64,000 nt of DNA from the NCBI RefSeq assembly GCF_018977255.1, contig NW_024704742.1:112346001-112410000 (forward strand). The letters run 5' to 3'. Under the pieces are notes generated by a model. That model did not search any database, had not been told where the DNA came from, and was given only the letters and a program-made list of their open reading frames with translations. Both the position numbers and the translations under genes were made by a program. How positions within the stretch are numbered: position 1 is the first letter of the stretch; the number at the start of each line of letters is the position of its first letter. Source of the stretch: Callorhinchus milii (taxonomy: Eukaryota). This document shows, in pieces, positions 25,590 through 38,829 of the stretch.

Positions 25590-25882
25590 GTGCCATTCCC
25601 AGCAGAGCGAAATGCTGGGCAAGTTTCCTTCCTCCATACACCTGTTTACCTAGCAGTAAGTCTTAGTCGATTGGTGGATTGCTTTTCCGGGGGTAATAAT
25701 TCCTCAAAAAAACCAAATTGGGCTCTCAATCCATGATTGTTTGTGGGATACTGCTGTGTGCAATTGGCTGCCACATTTCATCCACAAACATAGTCAATTC
25801 ACTTTACAGCATATTCTGTAAAGTACTTTGAGATATCTAGCAGATGTGATAAGGTGCTATATCAAATGCAAGAATTATTATT
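25590..25882 (+). mobile_element. tRNA-derived SINE, long variant (partial)
   Basis: gggcaagtttcc...ctgtttacctagcagtaag...core...gattattatt. Confidence 0.75.
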
Positions 25883-26930
25883 CCTTCTATACACAGCGTA
25901 TGGTGAAGATCGGATGGAAACTTAGAAAGAGAATGAGTTGCAGTGAAAGAACTCACTTCTAAGGGTAAACTCAACACAGCCAATCAAACCTGACATTGAT
26001 GTTCTTGTCATCAAATGGGTGTCAGCTCTCTGGTCCTTCAGTTTTTAAATGCAAGACAATCTATTATAATGCAAATGTCTAGTAGACCCACAAGAGTTGT
26101 TGCCATTTTTCCTGCATGCTCAGTTTGCAGAATGTGACGTTGGCAGGAGCTGCTTTATTCAGGAAATCAGTCTGACTATCCCACCACCCCCCCGTTCATG
26201 CTTATTTGCTCATCTAGTCTCAAAGGCCAAATCAGTTTGATGCTGATTTATTTGTAAAAACAAGTGAAATTGCTGAAATGTAATTCTGTAATAACGTGGC
26301 AGTTTTTGCTTCTGTTAAGATTGGTGTGTAAAAGGCTTAAAAGTTGTATGTTACAAGAATTACAAAAATTTATATATTCTAGAAAATCCAAACTTTATTT
26401 GGAGGTAATGTTACATATGCATTACAACAACTTGCATTTATATATGTAAGGTAATGTCTAGGAGATGACATAAGAAGTAAGAATTGAGGCTGGACTTAAG
26501 ACAGAAAGAGTGGGTGCGATAGAGATAGGAGGGAGTTAGGAATGTTGGAACTTTCGGCTCGACCAGTGATGATGGTGTGGAAAGGGCGGAAGCGCACTGA
26601 AAGCCTAAGTTAGCTGAGGGGAGTGGGTGAGCAGGAGATGAGATGTTAGGGAGTAAATGTATTTGTAGATTTGAGGACTGGATGTGAGGAACAAAGGAAA
26701 GCTCGAGATCAAATAAGACACCAAGGTTATGTACCTTTTCAGTTTGATAGAAAGGTCAAGGAGGCCACAGCCAGAAGAAAGGAAGCATTAATCAACAACT
26801 TGACTCACTTACACAGGACATTAATCCTGGGATTGCAAATTGCATTTACCTCATTCACTGAATTTACCAATGCTCCCATGTTTTTTCTCTTCTGCTTAAT
26901 TTTCTTGTTCTTTCCTTCATTTTCACTCCA

Positions 26931-27235
26931 TAATAATAATCCATGCATTTGATATAGCCCCTTATCACTTCTTCGAGACGTATCAAAGCGCTTTACAGAA
27001 TATACTTTAAAGTGAATTGACTGTATATTTTGTGGGCGAAATGCAGCAGCCAATTGCACATAACAGTGTCTCACAAACAGTCGTGGAATGAGTGACCAAT
27101 TATTTATGTATATATATTTAAGGAATTTTTACTCCCGGAAAAGTGAATCCGCCAATTGACCAATAACCGGGTTCCTAATTACTGCTCGGTAAACTGAGGC
27201 ATGTGGAGTAAGGAAACTTGCCCAAAGGTTCGCCC
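26931..27235 (-). mobile_element. tRNA-derived SINE, long variant (head truncated)
   Basis: Tail, core and internal segment present. Confidence 0.75.
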
Positions 27236-28197
27236 TCTACTTCATAGGCAAGAACACATTTAAGGGTAGTTCTCCTGTTTATTAAAAAAATTACTAATCT
27301 GCACATATTTTTCACTTGTCAGTAGTCACTAACCTTTAGTAGTGAGCAATACTGTTCTGACCCTTAATAGTTTTCTGCTACTGTGTCAATGTTCAGTAAC
27401 TGAACCTGAGAAATAGGATTTGTTGTGCAAGTAAATGTTCATTTGAAGTTGATTGTTATTAATGTAACTGTACAGAATAATTCTATGAATATTTAATATT
27501 GTGTTTACCTTGCATTTGTATTTTAAATAATCCAAAAATTAATATATATATTAAATGATCACTTGTGTTCTTCAATCCAACAGTATATTAATGACTGTAT
27601 AAATTGACTACCAGTAACTACCAGTAGAATACTGGTTATCAACATGTCTGTTTATTCTCAAAAGACGTTGATACAGTGAAATTGGCAAAAATAATAACCT
27701 CACATGAACAAGTAGAGAATATTTAGTACATTGTGGTACTATTGACACTATTTAAATGCTGATGGCACAATTTTTTATTTAACACTAACCAAATTGTACT
27801 TGGCGTAATGTCCCATTATCCATAGAGATCATTTCCAACTAGTATGACTCTACTATAATGTAGATATCCTGAATTATGTTGCAATGTAATGTTAAATCAG
27901 GAAACCATTTTACCTGTGGTAAGGGTGGCAATTTGGTGGCCATCATTTTTTGGGGGGTTCTTAAAATTAGGGTTAATATTCAAAGACCATTCAGTTCCTC
28001 TTTGAAGCTTGATATTGTCCATTTAGGTTTTCCCACCTCTAACCAAATTAAGCGTATTTGGAAATGACCTGTTGATTTATTGCATGCTGAAGTATATTCT
28101 GAGGAAAATAAACATGTAAAGATTTTTTTTTTGCATATTATGTATTATACTTGATTGTTTGGCAACTCAAATTATTTTTACATCTTGTGTTGAGTAG

Positions 28198-28309
28198 GTA
28201 TAAAGACCCTAGTAAAGAAGTATGATCCTCCCAAACCTGATGAAGTTAATCTTCTGAAACAGAAGCTGGAACGTTTTCATAGCTTAGATCTTGGCTTCAG
28301 TACAAATCT
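28198..28309 (+). CDS. CCNH: Cyclin H coding exon 7 (IKTLVKKYDPPKPDEVNLLKQKLERFH...)
   Basis: LVKKY.PP...EV..LKQKLER motif; 112 nt; GTAAGT donor. Confidence 0.93.
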
Positions 28310-29002
28310 GTAAGTAATGCTGACTCTTTGTTAGTGATATTAAAAGGACATCAGGATTTGCTATATTCAAGCTGAACTAACTGTATTAATTGCAACTTTT
28401 GGTTTGCAAATTGTGATCAAAGACCACCAAACAACCCTGTGCCAACTAATTTCAATTTTACACAATACATTTGGTTTGAATATCACAAATTATAGTGAAA
28501 CCTTGTTAAAATACAGCAGTCACCAGTTTGCTAAAATATTTCAGGGTTTGGTTATAATGTTCCTTAACTTGGTCAATTTAATTTTGTTTTGAACCAAATA
28601 ATTTTTTTTTTGCATTGCTCTGCTTGATTCTTTTAAGTTAGCAACTTAACAACTTGCACTTATATAACACCCTCCACATAGGGTAGCGTCTCAGAAGGCT
28701 TAACAGTGGCGGAGCCTGACTACGAGCGGGGGGGAAGGGGCCACAAGCACGGTCGAACAGGAAAGCTTTCAGGCGGGACTTGAAAGAGGGGAGAAAGGTG
28801 GCGGGATTGGGGGAAGGGTGTTCCAGAGTTTTGGGGCCGAGTTAAATATTAATTTAATCTAAACTTGCTTAAGTTTTTTCATGTTTGATTAGTGCTAAAA
28901 TAAAGGTGATAGCTGCACTAGTCCCCACTTAACAATTGGACATATTTGTATCTTTAGACAGTCTGCATATGTAGATTAAAGTATTTAACTGTGTGTTCAC
29001 AG

Positions 29003-29063
29003 TAAGAGAAAGAAAGGATACGAGGAAGATGGAATCATTTCAAAGAAAACCAAAATGGAAGAG
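29003..29063 (+). CDS. CCNH: Cyclin H coding exon 8 (KRKKGYEEDGIISKKTKMEE)
   Basis: Basic NLS-like KRKKGYE; 61 nt; CAG/GT. Confidence 0.92.
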
Positions 29064-29958
29064 GTTAGTGAAATTCAGCTAGTTTCCCAGTATTTGTTTT
29101 AAAAAGCTATGTTATGAAAAACTGTGGTACTAAAGAAGAAACACAAGAGCAGGTTGGCTTGTGTTATTTCCTTACTTATTTCCCAGATTTTGTACAAAAT
29201 TTAATAAGTTGTTAACCTGGTGCAGTTTGTAACACTTGCCTCTGAGTGAGATGTTTGTGTATTTAAGCCCCATTTTGCATCTTTGAACTCAGTCTTGACT
29301 GAGATTCTGTAAAAGAGGTTGTTGGAAAACTGACGCAGTTTAGGTGGTTGTTAAAAATCCAATGGCACTACTCAAAAGGTTTTTCCTATTGTCTTGGCTG
29401 ACAATCCCCAGGTAACAATTCAGTTCATTGTCTTTTGTGGGCCATTGCTGTGTGCAAAGAGGTAGCCATATTCACCTACAAACTACATTTTATAACAAAG
29501 CCTGTGAAATGCTTTGAAGACATCCTAATGGTATTAAAAGTACAATATCACATGCAAGAATTATCAGACCGAGCACAATTTTGCCTGCAACTTGCACTTC
29601 CTTCAAGTCATTAAATGTTATTGTCCTTACTGATATGATTTTAGTTTTCCTGTAGATAAGCTTTTAAAATTATAAGCAAATTGGTGACTGACGATATAGC
29701 TTGATTAGAAATCTCATCTGCTCCCTTCCATTTAAATTGTAGTAGAGATTGATGAAAAAGTGCCAACAATTCTCTATAGGTTAAGGACATTTTGAATATC
29801 CCTATTGGATTATTGGTCTCTTTAAAAAGACAGACTGAAATCTGTGTGCACATGGATCAGGCTAAATTTTTGAAACTTAATTATGTGATTCACACCATTC
29901 AATATCTTTGATCATGGTCACCTGAACAGGTTATACAATTATTTTGTCTTATCTGCAG

Positions 29959-29997
29959 GAAGAATGGAGTGATGAAGATCTAGCAGACACCATGTAA
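29959..29997 (+). CDS. CCNH: Cyclin H terminal coding exon (EEWSDEDLADTM*)
   Basis: CTGCAG acceptor, TAA stop; spliced CDS totals 975 nt = 324 aa + stop. Confidence 0.92.
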   Translation, partial: EEWSDEDLADTM

Positions 29998-30276
29998 ATT
30001 GCTGATGGAATTGACTGATCTCACCAATGATCTGCAGCTCATTTGAGGCATATGACCAACCCAAGGAGGATGTGGCTTTAAGATGAGATACACTTCTAAA
30101 TATGTCAAGTTAAATTTCCACTGCTGTAGTCAACTAAATTACATTTCTCTGAAACTTGTTTGAGAAAATGTAAGTCATTGTTCCCAACGTCTTCAGAAAA
30201 GATCATGCCAAAATGTATGATTGTTCAGTTCACAGTGACAGATTAACCAAGATTGTGGATTATGGAAAACATTTGA

Positions 30277-30282
30277 AATAAA
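30277..30282 (+). terminator. Probable proximal CCNH polyadenylation signal AATAAA
   Basis: Canonical hexamer 280 nt after the stop codon. Confidence 0.55.
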
Positions 30283-31588
30283 GATTTGCTTTGTAAATTT
30301 TCACACAAAGAAAAAGATGTTGAATGCTTGCATTTCATTACCTTTCATCGTGCATGTAAGCACGTTGTTATTATTTCCCCAGTGTTTGAAATAAGATCTA
30401 AATAATTTGACTTGAGTAATTCTATTTCATGGTATCCCATCACCTTTTTTAAATGCAAGGGATACAAATAAGTATTGGTCAATATAACTTGTGCTGCCAT
30501 AATAATTTTTGTCCCCCTATTCAGAACTTGACTAATATAAAACAAATTCAGATTTTGTACTGTGAAGCATTACATGTTTATTTCACTTAAACCTGGGCCT
30601 TAAGAGCAAGAGTTTTTCCATCGTACTGTTCCTATACTTGCATTTAAAGAGTCAGTTAGGGTGCTATTAGTGGCCTTTAGTGAATGTTTAACACAGCCTG
30701 TACAATATTTAGCAAACAAACTGGTCTTTTTGGAAGATTATACAAATGACAAACCTTCTAAAGCAGTTTCCATTTACACACATGCTCTATTTCCGCTCCC
30801 AAATAGCTTTTTATGACTGTGGCTAAAGCCACTGACATCCTGTCACTTTCATTTGACCTCTAGACATTTTAATTGTCTTGTTGAAGTTTGGGTTGTCAGA
30901 TACTCTGTTGACTCAGGGGTGCCCTGATCCAAATCAACTTTATGAAGCAGTACAGCACAAGTCTAGGTCCAACATCCTATATCAAACATTTGACACAAGA
31001 TCCCAGCATAATGAATGCGCTTGCCAGACCTAGAGAATACCTTCCTGGGAATCCTTAATACCCATTCAGTCAACTGCCAAGCTTAAGACTTCATCTTGAT
31101 CACTTGAAGAATGATTTACCATCATGAAGCAATGAACCTTACAAATGGGCATTACGTGCAACACTGAGCTACTTTTCCCAATGAGCCTCATCAAAATCCA
31201 CCCTTGCAGCAGCCTTTAATCATACAACGAGACATCAATTTACAGATCTGCTTTTACCTAATTGTTTGCAGCTTGAGTAGCTCCCAACAAAAAGCTAGGG
31301 TACTATTCAATGTGAAACCATTGAGCAACATTTGATTTTCTCCCTCCAACATATCCCAGACAAGAATAAATCACAATATTTTAGAAAATATATCCTTGTA
31401 ACACTTAAGAGTTCTTTCTATTTCTTAGGCAATGTGATTGTTTCCATTTCTTTGCAAAGTTTTACAATATTTGGATCTGAAATCCATAACTGATGCACAT
31501 TTCACTTTAAAATAAAAAATTTAAATAACTGGTTACTTTATAAAATGGTTTAATAAGTGCATGCATTTCCAATACAATAATCAATAAA

Positions 31589-31594
31589 TTTATT
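31589..31594 (-). terminator. Probable RASA1 polyadenylation signal (AATAAA on - strand)
   Basis: TTTATT on + strand ~800 nt downstream of the RASA1 stop; half of a palindrome with a + strand AATAAA. Confidence 0.55.
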
Positions 31595-32393
31595 GAACTA
31601 TTCCATGTGTTTACAGTTGTAAACATTACTTACAAAGCTTTTGATTTTGTGACTAAGAACTTGTCACACTATTGTCCTTTTATGGAAGACAGCCAGCCAA
31701 TCATACAGTATAATTAAACTGAATCAAAAAAATCAGTGGCACAACAAAACAAATGCTGTGATATTTCTACTCATCCATTCTTTTGTCACTCAATGAATGT
31801 CTGTTGCAGAAGAATTTTTCTAGGAGTACAAAATAACCAGTTTTTAGTTAGGAATTCCTCAACTTAATGATGAACCTGCATTTAAAGCATTCGTCCAATA
31901 AACTGTATAACCTTGAGATTAAAGATGTAAGCAATCTTAACCATTGGAGTAGTCAGTCACAAATTATAGTATAAAATGCTGTCGAGACCATAGTCCAGTT
32001 TTAACAAATTCAATGCATTCTTCATTTCATCAGTTGACTGGCATTTCATACTACATCTTGGAAAACCACCCTGGGAACTTTGGCAACTTGAAATATTAAA
32101 ACATCTCCAAGGCCCACGGATATCCACCTAAATTTGTGAAAGGTGGCTTGTTCACCAAGGCTCAGTGGCGAGTGATTGGTTCAGAGCAGAAAGTGCAAGT
32201 GGTGACCTGCACAAATAGCTTACAAAGTTACTGGTGAAAACATCAACCAGAATTTTTTGCATAGTTCGCACAGCAGAAGGAATGTTGTACATGGGTGTCA
32301 ATTCAAGAGTAGCAGGGAAAAGTGGGATTGCTGTGAGTTGTCCAAAGACAATGGTAGTGCGTGCAGAATTCTGTAAACCTTTAAGGCTGCTTG

Positions 32394-32477
32394 CTACCTG
32401 TTGCTGTTAGACATTGAATACTGGTTTTGTTTCTGCTGCAACAGTTCTGTAATGGCCAGAAGTTTCTTCAGGACATG
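32394..32477 (-). CDS. RASA1: RASA1 terminal coding exon, copy 1 (HVLKKLLAITELLQQKQNQYSMSNSNR*)
   Basis: Matches the p120GAP C-terminus HVLKKLLAITELLQQKQNQY; CAG acceptor, TAG stop. Confidence 0.95.
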   Translation of the reverse strand, partial: HVLKKLLAITELLQQKQNQYSMSNSNR

Positions 32478-32982
32478 CTGAAAAAAAGTTAAAACACTGG
32501 CTTCAGGTACAATAAATAATACATTCAGAAGAAAGTTTTAACTGATGCTATACAATAGTCCATTTACTGGAGATAGTCTGTCATTTGTTCAAATATCAAC
32601 TATCAACATTCAAGTAAAACTTTTTTCCAATCTCAAATAGTTGGATGGTGGAAAAGAGCAATTAACTGGGTACATGGAGCAATTCCAGTCTTTAGTCCAG
32701 GATGCTCTAAGAATCTAATTCATTCACTCTCTAGTCACCATTGCTAACAATAACTTGTCCAGCTTAATTTAGATGGGGGGCATGGGGAACATGCTTCACT
32801 GTGAAGTCTAGAATTTTTCATCGTAATGCAGCATTCTGACAAGAAGTATTGGAATAGTACTTAAATGACTTGATGAATGCACCAACTAGCACTGCCCTGA
32901 AGCCGTAGATTTATATTCTACAATAACAACTTGCATTTATACAGCATCCTTCACACAGGATAGCGTCTCGGATTCTAGTCAC

Positions 32983-33117
32983 CTGCTGGACTCCCCGTTC
33001 GTTGCTTTGGGTGCGAAGTTCATCAGAATGTGCTGAACATACTTCATGCAAGGCTGCCAGGTCACGAGACAAGTCAGGCCTAAAGTGCTCTGTTGTGCAA
33101 GGGAGGTCAGGAATATT
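32983..33117 (-). CDS. RASA1: RASA1 penultimate exon, copy 1 (NIPDLPCTTEH...SNERGVQQ)
   Basis: 135 nt, DLSRDLAALHE motif, AG/GT. Confidence 0.93.
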
Positions 33118-33957
33118 CTGAAAAGGAAATTTTACCCTTATATTAAAAACAGCTGATTGTGTGCAAGTAGAAATTTGAAAGTAGAACTGGAATCCAAGAT
33201 GGAACTAAGTAGATCATTCTTATAACTCAGGTAACCAAAAATAACTGAAAAAGTGATTCCCAAGAGTCTTAATACTAGTGGCATTTGGACACTCACAATT
33301 CATTTTCAGGACCACATAAAATGCAATGAGTGCTCGTCTACTAAAGACAGCACCACAGTCACATTATTTGTGTGTGAACTGAAAGGTGTGAAACAAACAG
33401 TAAAATGAAAAAAAAACTTAAAACACCTTTGTGGAATAGCATCGAGCAAGAGATGAAGTTATGATGAAGTAGTGGGGTAAGGCACATTACACACCCTAAG
33501 GGGAAATGGAGAGGAGGAACAGAAAAAGTAAAAATGCTTTTATTCAGCACATTATGAACTCAAGTTCATATGGCTGCAATATTGCAACAGACTGCTGGAA
33601 TCTTTATGTCTACCCATGCCAGTTTGTTGAAAATGGAAATGATTGTCTCCATTTTGCCACAGTTGCAAATAATATACAAATAAACTTCTAAAACAGTAAT
33701 TCAACTACATATTGTGCCATAATTTTAAATTATTTCAGTGTTTACATATTTATGCATTCTTGCTATTAAATACAAATACCTAATGCTAAATATGAGGTAG
33801 ACAATCATTAACAGTGCGAGACCCTTGCATTTAATATATCAGAAGAGATTGGCATAATATCTAACAAGACTTCAATACACATCTTGTTTTGGTGCAGAAA
33901 TGTCCTACTATATTAAAGAGATTTCTTGAGAAACTGTTCAATACTGAACAAACTTAC

Positions 33958-34035
33958 CCCTAATTCATCTAAAAACATAATCATTCGATGCTTGTTGTTC
34001 TTGATGAATGGATTTACGCCTTCCATGTAGGGTTC
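33958..34035 (-). CDS. RASA1: RASA1 exon, copy 1 (EPYMEGVNPFIKNNKHRMIMFLDELG)
   Basis: RasGAP KEPYM motif; 78 nt; AG/GTAAG. Confidence 0.95.
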
Positions 34036-34563
34036 CTGTGACAGAAAAATTACAATGTATGATCTGTATTTGTATTTTCTGTATCAGAATTATTGATTGT
34101 TCTATTCAAACTCCACATATTTAACTGTCCTGCTAACCTTCTGCTTCTGACAATTTAAAGAGCTACAAGTCAAGAAAAAAATATTCACTACAAACTTGAA
34201 CACACAGTCCACAGAATTATCAACACAAGAATGCATTAATCATGAAGTCAAAACTCAATGTCACGGAGTTCAAATGTAATTTCACAAGAGCCAGAGTGGA
34301 GCAAGAGACCTGTGGAAGAGCATCATAAAACATTTTTTTGAAGAAGGGAAGCTCTTTTCCTACCTTATTGAAATGTATCCAACATTTCATTTAATTTCAG
34401 CAACCATTCAATAATAATCTTGCACTGTATACATCACAATCTTATTTACTCATCAGCTATGTCTATTTCTGACAAGGTGCTATCAAAGATATAAAAACTG
34501 AACCAAAATAGGTTCAGACAAACTTAATTGTACATTGACAACAGCATAAATATTTGCTGTTAC

Positions 34564-34652
34564 CTTGGCTCCAAATTCCACCAAGTTTGCTAAGTTTTGA
34601 AGTGACTTAGCAACAAGTGTAAGAGTCCTTGCAGCTGTGGAAGAGGGGGGAT
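34564..34652 (-). CDS. RASA1: RASA1 exon, copy 1 (PPSSTAARTLTLVAKSLQNLANLVEFGAK)
   Basis: ORF track 34483..34692; RasGAP AK.LQNLAN motif; 89 nt. Confidence 0.95.
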
Positions 34653-34721
34653 CTGTAGAGGTAGGAAATAAAAAAAAATTGTCAATCATCACACTTCAAA
34701 TATAATACTGTTTGAGTGGCA

Positions 34722-35066
34722 CAGTACAACCCTGTTATAAGGCTGCAGTTGGGTTCCATAAAATTCCAACCTGCCTTATAACAGGGTGCTGCCATTGATC
34801 AATGCAACGCAGAAAGGTGGTTGGCTTCTTGCATGAAAAAAAAACTTTGGGGCCATCGGGTCACCATCTAACGTCACTTTCTGCAGACTTTGTATGTGCA
34901 GGAAGCTTCCTGCACGTAATTCCTATATATGGTCAGAAGGCAGATAAATGAGCAGGAACTTGGCAACCCACAAGTCAAGACATTGTTTACCATGCAGGTC
35001 CACAGCATACCTTCCTTGTAAAGCATATTCTTATGACACTGGTTTGTTTATAACAGGGTTCCACCA
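34722..35066. mobile_element. Tc1/mariner (pogo/Tigger-like) MITE
   Basis: Perfect 13-bp inverted core AACCCTGTTATAA (34728-34740) / TTATAACAGGGTT (35048-35060); CAGT left end, TA at right flank. Confidence 0.55.
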
Positions 35067-35589
35067 TATTCCGTGGAAATTGTTTATGTTCCATGTTTGA
35101 CAGATTTAAACAAAATAAGCCACAAGGAAGTAGAATACAGCACATTACTTAAAACACAGTAACGATGGCAGATTGACAGTTTCAATACGCTGATACAAAA
35201 GCTACCTACTTTTCTTTAAAAAAGGGTATTCCAAATGGTCTTTCCCTGCCCTGTGTAGTCTTCTGAATAGGATTTAATACTCAAAAAGAAAATCAACTTA
35301 GCAATGGTAAGTAATGCAATACAGCCTTACTGTCAATTTCTTATAGGCAAAACAAAAACAAAATAAAAATTTTGCTAACGGCATTTTGTTCTGTGTATGT
35401 TTTCTTTGAACAAAAAGTTCTTTCCCTTCTCCTCCCCAACTTCATTTCTTGCTAGAAGACACTTCATGTACTTAAAGTACATGCAGCAAGTAAATGATTT
35501 CCAGACCACCATTGCTACTGCAGATAATATGCAACAGAGGGCAGTCACCAGTATTCCTTGCCCTGCAACAGGGTGCAGTTCCCTAAACC

Positions 35590-38049
35590 AGAACATAAGA
35601 ATTAGGAGCATGAGTAGGCCATTCGGCCCCTCCAGCCTGCCCCGCCATTCAATAAGATCATGGCTGATCTATTCTAACTCCACCTACCCACCATCCCCCT
35701 TAATCCATTTATCCACAAGAGATCTATCAATCTCAGTCTTGAACATGTTCAAGGACTGAACATCTACAGCCCTTTGGGGTAGAGAATTCTATAAATTCAC
35801 TAACCTCGGAGTGAAGAAGTTTTTCCTCAACTCAGTGCGAAAGGGCTTACCCTGAATTTTAAGACTGTGACCCTTGGTTATAGTTTTTCCAACCAGGGGA
35901 AAAAGTCTCCCACTATCTATTCTGTCGTATAGGTTTCTGTAAGATCACTTCTCATTCTTCTATATTCTAGAGAATATAGGCCAAAATTGCTCAACCTATC
36001 CTCATAACTCATCCCCTCATCCATGGTACCAACCTAGTAAATCTATGTTGTACCCCCTCCAAGGCGAATACATCCTTTCTTAAATAAGGAGACCAAAACT
36101 GCACACAATATTCTAGGTGCGGTCTCACCAGGGCCCTATACAGTTGCAAGACTTCCCTACTCTTATATTCTAACCCTTTTGTAACAAATGCCAACATACC
36201 GGTAGCCTTCCTAATTACTTGCTGTACCTGTAAACTAACTTTTTGTGACTGGTGTACATGGACACCCAAGTCCCTTTGAACGCTAACACTATCTAGTCTC
36301 TCCCCTTCTAAAAAATAATCTGCTCTACTATTTTTGCCACTTCGGTGGATGACCTCACACTTCCCTACATTATAATTCATCTGCCACCTATTTGCCCATT
36401 CACTTAACCTATCTATATCTTGTTGCAATTTTTTTAATGTCATCCTCGGTGTTTACTCTCCCTCCTAGTTTAGTGTCATCCGCGTATTTGGATATATTAA
36501 GTTCGATGTCCTCATCTAGATCGTTGATGTAGATTGTAAATAGTTTAGGCCCAAGTACTGATTCTTGTCACATCCCGCCAATCTGAGAAGGACCTGTTTA
36601 TCCCTACTCTTTGTTTTCTTCCCGTTAGCCATTCTTCAATCCCTGCTAATATATACCCCTTAATTCCATGGGCCCTAATCTTGTGGACCAACCTTTTATG
36701 CAGCACGTTATTGAATGCCTTTTGGAAATCTACGCTAAATCCACTGATTCTCCCCATCTAATCTACTTGATATGTCCTCAAAAAAAAACTCTAAAAGATT
36801 TGTTAAGCATGACTTCCCTGTTGTAAAGCCATGTTGACTCTGTCTAATCGTATTGTGATCCTCTAAGTAACCCACTACGACATCCTTAATTAAGGATTCT
36901 AGAATTTTCCCTACCACCGATGTCAGACTAACTGGTCTATAGTTCCCCATCTTTTCTCTCCCACTTTTCTTAAATAGTGTTGTGACATTTGCAATCTTCC
37001 AATCAATGGGAACTGTACCAGAATCCAAAGAATTTTGGAAGATCAGACACAAGGCTTCCACTATCGCATGAGCTACCACTTTTAAAACCCTAAGATGCAG
37101 ACCATCAGGTCCAGGGAACTTGTCACTTTTTAATAACATAAATGTAGGAACAGGAGTAGGCCATTCGGCCCTTCGACCCTGCCCCGCCATTCAATCATGG
37201 CTGATCTTCTAATCTAACTCCAGCTAATAACCCTGCCTTATCCCCATGTCCCTTAATCCCTTTTGCAATAAGAAATCTATCTATCTCAGTCTTGAATATG
37301 TTCAAGGACTGAGCGTCAACAGCCCTTTGGGGTAGTGAGTTCCATACATTCATCACGGTTTGAGTGAAGAATTCTTCCTCAACTCAGTGCGAATGGGCTG
37401 GCCTCTGATTTTAAGGTTGTGACCCCTGGTTTTAGTTTCTCCAACCAGGGGAAACAATCTCCCACTATCTACTCTATCACACCCTTTGATGATCTTATAG
37501 GTTTCTATAAGATCCCCTCTAATTCTTCTACATTCTAGAGAATATAGGCCCAAATTGGTCAGCCTATCCTCATAACTCATCCCCTTTATCCCTGGTACTA
37601 ACCTAGTAAATCTATGCTGCACCCCCTCCAAGGCAAGTACATCCTTCCTTAAATAAGGAGACCAAAACTGCACAGTATTCCAGGTGTGGTCTCACCAGGG
37701 CCCTATACAGTTGCAGCAAGACTTCCCTACTCTTATACTCTAATCCTTTCATAATGAATGCTAACATACCGTTCGCCTTCTTAATTGCTGCTGCCCTGCA
37801 GACTAACTTTCTGTGATTGGTGTACAAGGACACCCAAGTCCCTCTGGACGCTAACACATTCCAATCTCTCCCCTTCTAAAAAATAACCCGTTCTACTGTT
37901 TTTGCTACCTAGGTGGATGACTTCGCACTTCCCTACATTATACTTCATCTGCCACCTTACCTGCCCAATCACCTAACCTAGCTATGTCTCACTGCATTTT
38001 TTTAATGTCGTCCTCTGTGTTGACACTTCCTCCTAGTTTTGTGTCATCC
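35590..38049 (-). mobile_element. Two head-to-tail CR1-clade LINE fragments (junction ~37135); duplicated at ~50128-52577
   Basis: [45 protein letters not shown]; two separate CR1 3' tails at ~35590 and ~37135. Confidence 0.9.
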
Positions 38050-38829
38050 AGAATTCAATCATATTGTGATTAATGCCAACAATATCCCTAGCACCAATTC
38101 TTTGCTAATGTAAATTTCCCTAAGTTGCTCCCTATCATTAGCCCCATCTCTAAAGCAGTACAACTAAGTTCAGAAAAAAAGCAAAGTTGTAATTTACAAT
38201 ATCTTTCTAAAAGCTTTTCACAGTAATTCATCAACTTATAAACTAAAATGCTACCCCAAACTTATCCCATCCTGAAGAACTACATCACAATACAGACAAC
38301 TTACCTACTTCTGCTTTTCAAATGTTATTTAGGAGTATCAATACTAGTCATTAGTCTTTTGTTGTACAATGGGTTAATGACACCCAGAGCAACATCATAA
38401 AGTGTCAAGCAACCCATCAGTACTTCCTTTATTCTTGGATAATTGTGGCAAGCTAGACTATTATTAGCACATTTTAGGATTAAAATCTGCAACTTTTCCT
38501 TTTTTCTTTTCCATGAACTGTAATAATTCTGTGGTCTAAATACATCATTGCCAGGATGAGAAACTTGGTCAAGCTCTGAACACTAGCTTTAATTATGCAA
38601 TAGTATACAAAGGCTCACTACCATTGAATTTGGTCACACTAGCAACTTCTCCAGCACCCTTCACGTGGGGTAGCTTACTGCATTCTGCAACTTCATCCAT
38701 CCAGTCAAATACACAAATTTGATTTTAAGAAAATTCACCGGTTTTATAACGAATAGAAATTCACAGATAGTCAGATTACTGACCTTTTGAAGTGTGACGA
38801 TGTGCAAGCTTGTACAAAGCATGACTCAC

